Shown here one piece after another: positions 1-12,229 of a stretch of DNA of 64,000 nucleotides (the stretch's first letter is position 1; every line of letters starts with the position of its first letter). The notes beneath the pieces were generated by a model. That model did no database searches. It saw only the letters and a program-made list of their open reading frames with translations, and was not told the DNA's origin. The DNA is from Lepidodermella squamata (Eukaryota > Animalia > Gastrotricha), in assembly GCA_047495785.1 (NCBI GenBank), contig JBLDXI010000019.1, positions 1,984,001 through 2,048,000 on the forward strand. Reading direction: 5' to 3'. Both the position numbers and the translations under genes were made by a program.

Positions 1-1890
1 TGTCAATAAATGCCAATCAAGGTAGGTCTTCGCCTCGTCGAACCAGGTTGCCTCGTCGAAAACAGCCTTCGAAGCCATTTTATCAAGGTGTCTAATGGTC
101 AAGTTGTGCCGGCTGTCTGTTGTGAAGATTTTTATCGTGGCCAATGTAAAATTGCTCATAATTTTGGTAAAATCGGTGAAAGCTCCGGCCCAGTCTGTTG
201 TCATGAAGATGGTGGCATCGCGGCCGGCGATTTCCGGCGAATTCAAGAACTTTATGACCTCATCCGCAAAGCAATGCATGATGTCGATCTTGTAGTTATT
301 CGCGCTATCCAAATCTGAAATGATTATAATGATTAAGAAATTCGCTCTGTAGAAGGGAAGACGTAACTCTGCACCAGAAAAACCGGGGAAAACTTTTTTC
401 ATTCCATCAATGTCTTTTTTTTAATAATTTGTGGGTGTGCCAAGTGCGCATCCTCAACATAACATAATGATCTGTTATCTTTATAAGTGCCCTCTCTTTC
501 CACCAATACTTGGGGTTCTAGCACTAAATGTGAGACTCTAGCACTAGATTCCCCTAAATATGGTTTTTCGAGTTTCCACTCTTCGCTAGAATCTCACATT
601 TTTTGTTATTGCCTAACCCCTAACCGCTTGACCTTCATATTACGCGCATTTCCCGCTATGAGCGATAACTTTACGAATTATACTGGTATGCTATAACATG
701 AGTTAAGAATACATCTCTGAACGGAGCCGGCCGAGATTTACGAATCGAAACGAGTCGGAGACGAGTTGAAATGAGTAAATCGAGTACGGCGAGTTCAGAT
801 ATAAACGATTTACGAAAATTGAAAATTTCGGGAAATTCGAAGAAGTAGCAAGCTTACCAAAGCTTCGATACTGAACGCCGATTTTAATCGACCGCCGCCA
901 AAATTCTAGGCCGACAGAGTCTGAAATGACTCGATCCCGCAACTTGCTCAATTTATCGCCTGGCCTGTCCAAAATAACGCGTAGAGCCACCGAAATGGCG
1001 ATGTTAAGGTCGTCGACGTTTTCCATCAATCCCGGCGCAAATTTGTCGAAATTGCCTCGAAATTCCTGCTTCCGTAATAAAGCATCCAAGCCATTATGCC
1101 TATTGGACATCATCTTGAAATATCGGAACTTTTCATACTTGCCAGTAAAATTTTCTTTTAACATAAAATCGTGATAAGGCCCAAATGGCTTGTCCATGTT
1201 TAGCATGCTGTTGAAAGAAAACCATTTCGTACTCTCGTGGTTATATTGCTCGCCGAAAGTGCCGCGAAACGCCTCACTTCCGACGTTGTAGTACTTTTCG
1301 TTGACATCAAAATAATCGGCAACATCGCCCGGTCGGTGCCATTCGAAGGTGAAAGCGCGATCGGTGGCTAGTGCCAAGTAAAATGCGATAACAGTTCCGC
1401 GCAATCTATCGCCGAATCCGGCGCAACTAAAAACCGAGGAATACCGACAACTACCGCCGCCCGAGCTGGTGAACGGTGGATACATGAAGTCGAAACAGGT
1501 GATACTGCTAGGAATAACAGATCGCTTGCAGAATGACGACGAAAATTTAACATCTTTTCGGGTTTTGGGTGATTGAAATTTTTCAGTGATCCGTTTCATA
1601 TAGTTTCGTCTTATCGATCCAGCGATTGCGATGGCTTTAGCTTGTCTGGGTGAAATAGCGATGCCATTCGGCGGTAAGCCATCGTCGAAGTCAGAAGTTG
1701 TCGTATCGTCGATCGATGAGCTGTTGCCCAGAATGCTAAACCGATATCGAAATCGCTGCAAATCAGGAGGATATAGCACTAGAACCGGCAGAATAACTAA
1801 AGACACTAGCCCTATCGTTACTTTAACGAAGAAGGTGCGTGGTAGAGCAGTGTGTAACATTCTAAAATTTGGAAGAAAAAATGATTTCAA
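1..1890 (-). CDS. Putative fucosyltransferase (alpha-1,2/alpha-1,6/O-FucT superfamily, GT-B), type II membrane protein, copy 1; runs off the window start
   Basis: Exon 1 (858-~1890; first ATG ~1860): N-terminal TM anchor, GFGDRLRG, motif I KIGVQYR. Phase-1 intron 315-857 (GTAAGC...TTTCAG). Exon 2 (<1-314) reads DLDSANNY...IFMTTDW (motif II)...KTYLDW (start of motif III). Paralogous to 2795-4333. Confidence 0.75.
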
Positions 1891-2794
1891 CGCATCAAAG
1901 CCCGGCTTCTATTACCAAACAGCACGCGATCGGTCGAGAAAAGTATAGCATCAATGAATAAATGAATGAAATCTCGCGATTTTTAGCAGCTATTGATAAA
2001 TTAAGAAAATGAATTTCGAATCACTCGCGTTAATATTCTTTCATCTTTAGCATTAATCAGTTTTGGCATATTCCAATAATGATTTTACTCCATAAACATT
2101 ACTGGCAGCAGATTTATACCCGCATCGAAATTTTGATCTTGTGACGTTAATTATTCACATTTTTCTTAATAAGGGAGAAACATAATAATTTTCCTCCAAC
2201 CTTTTGCACGCAAATAATTCCTCCTTTCTATGTTTTACAGAAAAAATTTGCATAATTAATGATTATACTGATGGAAATGTTGCTACTGGTATTATTAGCG
2301 TTACTGTTAGCAAGAAATACGTGTATGAAAAATTCATTTGGATCTCAGTTGACGGCTGTGAACGAAAGATAACTGGCAGATGTATATCCACTAGCCAGCA
2401 TCCGGCTGAGCAATATGACACTTACAAAAGCTCATAGTTGACTGCTAATTATGTTTTTATCATAGCAAACTTTTACTCATTCTCTTATCTCTATTTTTTG
2501 ATGAGATCCAGTCTACAAAGCTGATATCGATTTTCCAATACAGTGCTCCCACGCTAAATGCTCCCTGGCTATATGTGCATTTCCCTCGTTATCTCCCACA
2601 AATTTACAGCACCCTCAAAATTGGAAATAACATTTTTTTATTAGTGAAAGAAAAAATTATTTACAAGATTAAATGAATTAAGGTTCAAACAATTAGCTTC
2701 ATCAGCAACGCTAGCTAAGCCACAGCTATTTTAGCAATGAAAAGGCGGTGCCGGTTAAGCCTCGATCGACACGGAATTCGCCAAAATATTTAAG

Positions 2795-4333
2795 CTATAA
2801 TTGACTTGCTCTAAACGAGCATATCTGTGGGTTTGTATACGGTCGAAATCGGCTTGTTTTAGCCAGCGAATAGTGCGCAGCCGCCTCGCCAAATCCGCTT
2901 CGGCTAATCACTAGCACGTCCATCTTCACCAAAATCAGCCAATCCAAGTAGGACTTGGCCGCTTCAAGCCACGTCGCATCATCGACAGCCTCTGTCTCCG
3001 GTATTTGGTCGAGATGTCGAATGGTTAGATTTTGCTGCTCATCGGTTGTGAACATTTTTATCCGAGCCGAATTCGTCACGCCTGACCCAAGTAGGGATCG
3101 CATCTCATGGTGAACCAGGACCCAGTCTGTCGTCATGAAAATTGTGACGTTTCGGCCCAGAAATTCGGGAGAGTCGAGGATACGACGAACCTCCTCAGCG
3201 TAACATATCAGCTCGTTTGGCTTGTACATATTATCAATCTTATCAAGATCTAAAATATATTGGTTAACAACGCCATGTCATCAGTGGAAAAGGCATTACT
3301 CACAAAAAGTTCGAATCTGGATTCCCAGCTTCAAGGAATTTCCCCAAAACTCATGACCAACTGTTGTAGTTATGGCATCATAAAAAAGCCGCTTCAATTT
3401 CGTATTCGGTGATCCAAAAATGAGCTGAATCGCTGCTGAAATCGCAATGTTGAAGTCTTCGTTGTAGTTCAGCAATCCAGGGGCTGATTTGTTGAAATTT
3501 GCTTCGAAGGCCTTGTTCCGTAGAATTGCATCCAAACCAGCGTGTCGGTTGGTCGTGATCTTCAAATCGCCATAACTTTCATGCTCTTTAATAAAATTTT
3601 CGCTAGAAAACAAGTCGATGTATGGTTGGTCTGGGATGTCGCCTTGATGCAATAGCCATTTGGTGCTTTCTGATTGTTACCGAAAGGCGTCAAGATACTT
3701 CTCCGCAACGACACCATAGAAGAGCTCGTTAACTTCAAAATAATCAGCTACATCTGTTGGTTTTCGCCATTCTAAGTTGAAAACTCGATTTGTTGCGATT
3801 GCAAGATAGAAGGCTATCACTGTGCCACGAAGTCGATCGCCAAGCCCGCGGCATTCAGGCCTAGTTATTTTGCATTTAGCCGAAGGATCGCGGCCTTTTA
3901 GAGCTGGGAACATAAAGTCGTAACAGCTTTTGCTTGAATTCGAAAGGTCCGGGAATCTACAGGCTGATGTAACAAATCGAGCGGTTTTATCTCGAATTTT
4001 TCGCCTCATTGTATGAAAATAGTGTTCTCTGATTGATGCAGCTAATGCTTTCGCTTTCGCCTGTTTCGGTGACAGTGTTTTGTTTTCATTTGATAAGGCC
4101 CAGTCTTCTTTCCTTTCGCCTAGGGTAATCTGATCATCAAAGTCGAAGCTGACTTCATCGACATCGCGCGAAGGGCTGACGATGTTCAACTTGAAAAAAA
4201 AGTCAATTGCAGATGAAAAATTCAGGTGCGGACTGTGTAAACCAGGAAGTGATGCGTATAAACTAGCAATGGCGATTAAAATGCATACAGCCACTGTCAC
4301 TGCAATTAAGAAAACTGTATTGCCTCTACCCAT
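2795..4333 (-). CDS. Putative fucosyltransferase copy 2, with an in-frame TAA at 3677-3679
   Basis: TM anchor, GLGDRLRG, KLGIQIR, 54-nt phase-1 intron 3250-3303 at the same position as in copy 1, IFMTTDW, DWLILVKMDVLVISRSGFGEAAA. The ORFs on both sides of the TAA are in the same frame. Confidence 0.72.
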
Positions 4334-4691
4334 TATTGCAGATGTTGTGTTGCAAAGCTTAGAAAATAAGCCACTTTATTAGAAAAGTGTATCAATTATT
4401 GATAAATAAGCTGCGAAGATTATCGCGAAATGCATTTGACAGCGGAAAAGGGGAGTTTGAAGATGGTTTCTAAATTAATATTAATAAAATTATTTCAAAG
4501 CATATTCATTGTCATTTTTATTGTTAATAATATCCAGTTGCTTGTCCAGAAATATTTGCAAACCCCCTTTTTCCTTTGTCAACGGTCATTTCCTTCAGGG
4601 ATCAAACAATTACTACCATACTCATTTTTTACTTCTCAGCTTAACTATAACGGCAATAATCAATAAATTAGTTCGTAAAATGATTAGACGC

Positions 4692-6770
4692 CTACAAAGG
4701 ACAGTTAGCGCGATAGAATAAATGCCTCTGGTATCTAACATCAAGTAAGCCACCACTAGTGTCATTACTAGACGGCAGTTGAAAGTCAAGCCTTCTAGGA
4801 TTGATTATCCCGTCAACATTCCGTTCCTCTCGATCGCAATCGTGCAGGCTATGGTGGTACCAAATCACCTTTGACTGCAGACCGGCCCAATTGTGCCGCG
4901 AGTAAATATGATTCTTCTCATCTGGCCCAACGGTCAGATGGAATAAGTAAGAAACTCCGAGGATGTTACGAATTTCAGAAGCACTGTAAGCACGAGCCGC
5001 CAGTTTGAAGCACCTTTTACTAGGATCTTTAAGACAATCGTTTACTTGGGAATTTAAAGACTCGATATCCTGAAGCGAATCACAGGATGACCAGAATATA
5101 GCGATGTTCCGTTTATGTAGGTTTCTTATCACGAAAACACCATCCATCGCTGTGTTTTTTTCGCTTGAAGCTCCGCTGTCCCACTGTTCATCGCTGTAAA
5201 TAATTACAGTAAAATTGACGCCAACGAAATTGAACCTCGTGTTAAGTTCTCGATGTATCGCATAAGCCTGGTCATCACGGCAATAAGCTTGATACCGAGA
5301 CATTTCTTGCTGCACGATTTGTTCGTATTTTCGCTGTTTCTCGATAAATTTGATGAGATTCGTCCGCCGAAATGGACCTAGAACAGTCGATAATAGGATC
5401 ACACTGCTTGCCAAATTCTCGGCTGTACTTCGAATTTCCAGCTCTCTTGCAGACTGATGGATAGATGAATCCCCAATCAAGAGACAATCAAAGGAAACTC
5501 GTGTAGAAAGCAGAACCAAGTATTCTAAATATGTCAGAGCGTTATTGACATTCTCGATGCGAAAATCAACTGCTTCGAAAAATCCGCTCGACTTCTTTTC
5601 ATCTTCGAAAAATGTGGTGATTGAGCTTAGCAATGACGCAGGTGAATAATGCTCGGCTAAGCGACAAGCTTCTTTCAACTCTTCTTTGTTTGCAAGATCT
5701 GTAGGGGCAGGAAACGAATCTGCTTTCCGACGCACGTTCTCGAAGATTGCGGAATACCTTTCAAGTTGAAGTTCCTCCACGTGGGAAGACTTGAAAGCAG
5801 GCAAAACTTCTTCAAACAGCGGAGCGACTGCTCGGCTTAAAACTTCGAAAACAAGAGAAAGTTGCTTGCGAACAATTTGCAGAGCAAACACTTCAGACTT
5901 CGTGGAAGTTTGCCAAAAGTTCAGGGTAACAAAGGGAAGATTCATCGTCATGAACTCTTGAATAGAGTAGAAAACCGACCCAGATCTTAAGAAGCCGTCA
6001 TAGCAATTCAACACTCCATCGTACTTAGGTAGTTTAATCCAGTCTATAGAGAGCAAAGTTTGCGAGAAAATCTCAGTTTCTGGTGATCGCCAATCATGCT
6101 CAACGAGTCGATTTAAACCCTCATCGGAAGGAATTGCTTTTTCGATACCACGGAGTAAATCTATAACCGTAACCATAGTTGAGTTGAATCTCCTATCCTC
6201 TTCATTTGATGCCGGATATTTCGCCCTGGTTAGGATGTAAAATGCCTCTGTTTTGCCTTGTTTTGCCGCTAAATCTGAAGCTGTCAAGTAAAAAGCATCT
6301 TTCGCTTCAAAATTGGCTCCCAGGCGAAGAAGCAGATTTATCAACGAAACTTGGCCATTTCGAGCAGCGTAATGCAGCGGACTACGGCAGTACTCATCCA
6401 ATGCATTGATGTCAGTTTGATGTTTGTGAAAATGACTCAAGAAGAACTCGTTATCATAGCTACCAGCCTTGGCCGCCGCAAGCAGCACATTGGATTCTGG
6501 AGAAACTTTCTAAAAACGGAGAAAAGGAGACATTTTGTTAGGCCTTGAAGGATATTTCATTACATTTTCGCTGCATTCTCGGCGCTTTTTCCAGAATTCA
6601 ACAGAGCCGGGTATTCTATTCACGACTTTGGTCACGCTGTTCGTCGTCCGATCTATTTTCCGGCAATCTGCTGAGTCTTCTTTTACCTTTGGTCTACACT
6701 TTCGACAGGCAGTCGAAATGTGGAAGATGCTGAGGCAGAATATTGAAAATATGAACAGATTACGCAGCAT
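4692..6770 (-). CDS. Signal-peptide-bearing ankyrin-repeat protein with a large uncharacterised C-terminal region
   Basis: ATG 6770 MLRNLFIFSIFCLSIFHISTA (signal-like). A 54-nt phase-0 intron 6510-6563 (GTAATG..CTAAC..TTTTTAG) joins it in frame to the 598-aa ORF. Ankyrin motifs DINALDEYCRSPLHYAARNGQVSLINLLLRLGA and TASDLAAKQG. Confidence 0.75.
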
Positions 6771-7320
6771 AATGAAGTTCAATTCAGTTTTACAAAAATG
6801 AGTGAGGCGTTCAGTTCATTTCCCAATTAGTTTGCTTGTTTATTTGTGGAACAAACGAGTGATTTCATGGAAGAGATACGATGCACTGGAACAGGTGTGC
6901 ATGGTTTTTTTCCACTGAACACAAATTTAAATAAAAACTCATTGATAAATTCAATCTTTTATTTTAGTGAACCTTAATCTGATTTCCGAGCTCATTGCGG
7001 CGGGTATTAATAGTCACGATATTTGAGAAAAACAAAAGTAGTTTTCCAGCTACAACACAAATATCCTTAGTGTGAAATAATGATGTGCCGACGTGATAAC
7101 AAGCACTCGCAACACCTCAAAAAATATTATTGTGCGGATGAAGCAAGCAATACGTATTGCATACCTCATGCGGTGTTAATTCACTGCTAGCGCGAAAACT
7201 CACGCAATATATCCACGCGCGTACATATTGCAAATTATAGAGTTATACGCATTTTCAATACAAACAAGCAACAATATACCAACCGATAACTCGAAAAATG
7301 GTTCGATAACTCCGGGAGAC

Positions 7321-9347
7321 ATGCGAGAGAACTTCCTCAGCGCAGCATTATCTCTTCCGTTCTTTTTTGCAGTGACAATAGACTGTCGAGGTAATTATTG
7401 CATTGAACATCCGCTATGGATAATACTTTTGTATCTCAGGTTTTGTTTACTACCCTCCATACGTTCAACCCAAGGGACTTACAATCGGAAGACCATGCCC
7501 TAATCTCAACCAATGGGTTATCTCTCTTCCTGAAAAGTGAGTGAATTGAATCAATAAACTTTGATGGAATTTCTCGTTTAGATTTACTTCACCAGTCCTT
7601 GGCAAAGACATTCAGTGCCGCGGATCGGTGAATAACATTGATTTCCTCGCGCCAATGAAATCTGCAAAGTTCATTGCTCCCGAAGCTGTTGAAGAGCTTA
7701 TAGCATCACCTAGCTCAAATGAAAAAAAGATGCTGATATTCACATGCCGGGATGCTATCAATCGCGTCTTCAAAGACTCGTTGTATTCTTGGATTCACAT
7801 CTGGGAGCAGAATGGAAAAACTGGTTTTAAAACTACGCTGCCTCAAGATTCGAACGGTGAGCTGCTTCCCATTCCAATTTGAGAAATATTGCACCTCCTT
7901 TACTTCAAGGTCGGATGTTTTTTCCCGGACCATGGCTCGGAAATGACACAATAGCTTGCAGTCGATACGATTCTAATCATGGGTACCTCGTTCCCATCAG
8001 AACTTGGAGGGTGACCTCTAAACCAATCGATCCTCAGCTCAGTACCCGAACTGTCAAAAATTCTCCATGCGATGCAACAGATGTTTCGGTCACATCTAAA
8101 GTTGAAGTTATTGCCATATCAAGGGAATTGAGATTCGACGCATTCTGCCCTATTTCTGCCGTATGCTACGACATGCCCGCCGAAACAGCGTAAGTTTCGA
8201 GCCCATATTCCGAGTTTATATGACTTTCCTTCATCTCAGTTTCTATGAATTCTCGATTCCGGGAATTTGCAAGAACGCTGAGTCACGTGACGCGTTACCA
8301 AGCTGCATTCTCGATCCAGTAAAAACTAGACATTTCAGTTACACCTGTAGATGGAACAACGGCGCTTCAGGAACTGTTCTAATGATTATTCAACATGGTG
8401 CTCGTTTCAAGAATGAATCACAGTTCCGAGCGGTTTATTTCCGAGAAAATGACAAGGACATCACCCTGCCGTGTGACGTCGATAGCGGTGGCCTGCCCAG
8501 GTGGGAAAGGTACGATGAAATCCTGAATTCTTATCAAGGTTAAGTTTTGCTGAAAATAGCAACCTGAAATCACATTTTTTTAAATAGAAATTCGCAATGG
8601 ATTGGATTGAAAGGGATGATTGTTGAAGGGAATACTCTGAAGTTCGAAAATATCACGAAGGAGCATCAAAGCAGCTATCGATGTGTCCTCCCTCAACCGG
8701 GCAATTTGGCTCCCGATCCTGTCTATGGCTACTATTTCGTCAAAATCTACTCCGCCTCGAATAACTGCTCAGCTTCAACTGGAAACAAAGAAGAAAATAC
8801 TCAAATGATAGATCTTGACATGGTCTCGATTCTAACAGTATCATGCAAAGGGGCGGAAGATTTATCAAACTGTTCCCCATACGATCCGTTATGCACCCCG
8901 CAAGACGCCGCCCTACTGAAAAACGGGGGTGTATGTGCAACAAGCTTCGAAAACTATGACTGCCGGCAAAACTTGAAGGTCAAGTCGAAAAACCCGCTCG
9001 AAATCGAAATCTACTTGCGAGGGAATGATACGCAAGTTCGAAAAGCTGCCTCTCTAGTCGAAAATTACGAACGATTGGTCCACGAACTAGCTGAACTTTC
9101 AAATGATGCTGGAGTATATTCTATCGAGCTGTGGTATGGAGATCCTGTAAATTTAAGACTTCAAATCCCTTTGAAAATCAAAGCCATCGTGCCTGAGAAG
9201 CCCTCGATGCCGTTTTCTGTGTTTGTAGCAAAATACTGGCTTGAACTGTTGGTTGCATGTTTTGTACTTATCAGTATTTATTTCGCATTAGCAACCGGGT
9301 GTTTTCAAAGATGTTTCAGATCAAGAAGAAGCATGAATTTGTTTTAA
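7321..9347 (+). CDS. Single-pass type I membrane protein with an Ig-like domain (6 exons)
   Basis: Signal peptide MRENFLSAALSLPFFFAVTIDC. Five short GT-AG introns (first 7391-7439) join the ORFs in frame. Ig signature ITLPC...W...GNTLKFENITKEHQSSYRC. TM YWLELLVACFVLISIYFALATGC and a short basic tail. Confidence 0.75.
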
Positions 9348-9373
9348 ATGTGGAGTTAATAAATCGTTATAAT

Positions 9374-10652
9374 TCAACTCATCATACCACTCAAGAAGTA
9401 ACTATCAGCTGCTACCCCAATCAAGGCGAAGGCAAACGCGAATGCACCATCGATAACTCGAGCTTTGTTCCTTGACAAGAATTTAGCTAGCTTTGACTTC
9501 GAGCTATCGTCCGCCCTCACCCTTTGTGATTTAACGCTAGAAAAAGCGAATGTGATAAGTTCGTAAAGAGTAAGGGCCAATCCTGAGATGAATTTGAAGA
9601 TGACCATGTTGACGAGATGAACTGATTCAGAAGATCGGGGAATCTGGCTGAAAATTGATTCCAGCATGAAAGAAAACGCTAACACCAGTGACACTCCAAA
9701 ACAAGGCCTGTCTGGCACATCTGGCGGTAGGATTAACGCTGCTATTTGAGTGATGTAAAGCGAGAAAATCGGGAGAAAAACATTCGCGATGTAGTACTGA
9801 TAACGTCTTTTGAACGATAGAGTAAAAACCATTCGAGAAGTTGGAGCGTCCGCATTTTGACTAGAATTTTCGACTTGGCTCGTCAAAGGTAGGACAAGTT
9901 GCCATATATCGGTATCCCCCATGAATGTTTCATTCGCAGACGGGTCAATGTTGAAGAATCGAATTTTGAAATACAGGAAGGTCGTAACCTCATCCGCGTC
10001 GCAGATTATAGAGCAAGTGAGTGTGTCGAATGGAAATTTACGGAATTCGAAGCCGTCGCATAACGACACGAATCGATTCAGCGAGTAAATTCCAGCTTTG
10101 CTACTCAGTGGGTAAAGGTAAATGACGTTATTGAATTTCCTAAGAGATCGTAAAAGTACTTATTTAACCGCCTAAAAGTGATAAGATACTTACTCTTCAA
10201 GGGGCCTAGGTTGACGCAGAGCGTTCATGTGAACTAGTCTAGGAATCCATTTTCCTTTTGCTGAGAAGCTGATCATAACCCTTTCTTCCGTATAGTCGTG
10301 GAGAGTCGAGTAGGTCTCGCATAAGCCGCTCTGCATCAATATTTCAGAGCACAGAGGGATGCGGCAAGGATATTTCCATTCAATTACCATTTGGCCCCAA
10401 ACTGTCATGCTAAAAGAAATATCCCGCGACAATTGACAAATAGCCACATTGATCCTACCTTTGATCCAGATCGTCGATCCCAATCATTCGGAAGAGGGAA
10501 AAGAAGATGTTCACCTTCAGCGCTTCGCGCCAACCCCTTCTGGCATGTGTATCGAAAGGTAGGCTGGTAGAATTCACCTCAGGGCATATCTTAGCAAAAT
10601 TTGAGAAAATGAGGTCAGTTGGGGGTAGTGACACGTTATACGCAAGAGACAT
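9374..10652 (-). CDS. Divergent Cys-loop ligand-gated ion channel subunit (LGIC-1); no evident signal peptide
   Basis: 3 exons (introns 10410-10458 and 10140-10193). Cys-loop CDGFEFRKFPFDTLTC, pre-M1 FKRR, four TM helices, M2 DRPCFGVSLVLAFSF. Confidence 0.85.
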
Positions 10653-10737
10653 TCTTTTTAGATCATTTATTTAGCTAAAAAATTCCATTACTGAATTATT
10701 TATTTTGCTTTATCATGTTTGATAGGATGATGTAGGC

Positions 10738-12106
10738 CTAATCATTCGCCATCATCGAGAATAAAAAGTAAGCATCCGTCGCTATTCCGATAGCAATCAT
10801 CGCTGCTGCGAAAATCAAATCGGCCTGCCTGCCTCGGCTAAGAGTCGAAAGCGCTCGATATTTGACTGGGATGAGATCCTGAGTTGAAATAACAGACTCC
10901 TTCCGGCCTAAAGGTTCACTCTCAGTCACGCAGCACGCAGCGAAAACGATCAATTCATAGAATGTCAGGACCAATCCAGACACAAATTTGAATACCACCA
11001 TGTTGATCAAATGAACACTTTCCGAAGTCTTAGGAATCTGGTTTAGGACCATCGATAGAGTGAAGGAGAAAGCAAGGACCAAAGTGACGCCAAATGAAGC
11101 TCTATCCGGAACATCTGGTGGCATGATCAAAGCTGCGATTTGCATAACGTACAGGGATATCGTTGGCAGGAACACGTTTGCGATGAAATATTCATATCTC
11201 CGCTTAAAAGTTAGCATGAAAATCATTCGAGACAACGGCGCATCTCCATTCTGAGTTGAATTTTCAACCCTATAGGACAGTTCTTCGGCCTTATAGATCC
11301 AAATATCAGTTTCGCCGAGGAACGACTTCTGTGCCGATTCGTCGACTATGAATAGGTCAATCTGATAGCGGACGAAGTAGATATTTTCGTCAGAGTCGAA
11401 AATCAGTGAGCAGCGAAGGGTGTCAAATGGAAATTTTTTGAATAAAAAACTGTCGCAAACAGCGTCGAATCGACCAGTCGCAAAAATGACAGATTGACCA
11501 TACAATGCGTAGAGATAAATCAAATTATTCCACTGCCTGTAAGATGAAACCATCAATAGAGTTGTAGAGGGATATTTTATTCAACTTACTTGTCAAAAGG
11601 TTTAGGGTCGGATAAAGCGTTCATAAGGGCTATGCTCGGTTTCCAGATGCCACCGCTGGGCATGATAATCATAGTCTTATCCATCAAAGCTAGTTCGTCT
11701 TCGCTCTCGCATATTTCTGAATCTGGGAAAAGTATGGTGCAGTTCGGAACTGGGCACGGATAATCCCATTGCATTAGCATGATACCCCACAGAGATAGAC
11801 TGGAAAATAAAAAATGATATTCCAAACGCAAAACATGTCTTATGCGCACCTTTGCTGCAAATCATCGATTTCTATCATTCGGAACAGGGTGAAATTCGTT
11901 AAAACTTTCACAGGTTGCGCGAAGTCTGATTTCATTAGGGAATCCATTGGCAAACTTTCGGAAAGTATGTCCGGGCATATTTCTAGATATCTCTGGAGCA
12001 CTTCAGACGAAACTGGTGATGGATAAAGATTGGGCACATCCACTGTGACCCCGGCAGATGACCCGCCGACTAAGACTGTTAAGAAAACAATTAATTCAGT
12101 AAGCAT
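10738..12106 (-). CDS. Divergent Cys-loop LGIC subunit (LGIC-2)
   Basis: Signal peptide MLTELIVFLTVLVGGSSAG, FRMIEIDDLQQ, CDSFLFKKFPFDTLRC, M1-M4, same 3-exon structure. Confidence 0.88.
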
Positions 12107-12229
12107 TCTTTTTGACCAAAGAGTTTGGGAAAATATTTTATTTTGAAAAACAATGCCGGATGTTTGATGATTAGAATTGCTCGAAAAATTAAGCCGTCTG
12201 GATTGAGTAAACAAATGGTTTTAGATTTT

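Noticed and set aside
10-318. 102-aa plus-strand ORF and similar antisense ORFs over real genes (e.g. 36748-37182, 41197-41544, 47928-48168)
   Set aside because: Shadow ORFs opposite GC-rich coding exons; the minus-strand frames carry the family motifs and splice sites.
3666-3680. Micro-intron (11 or 15 nt, GT...AG) removing the FucT stop
   Set aside because: 11 nt would shift the frame; 15 nt is far below the ~50-nt introns seen here and would delete conserved residues.
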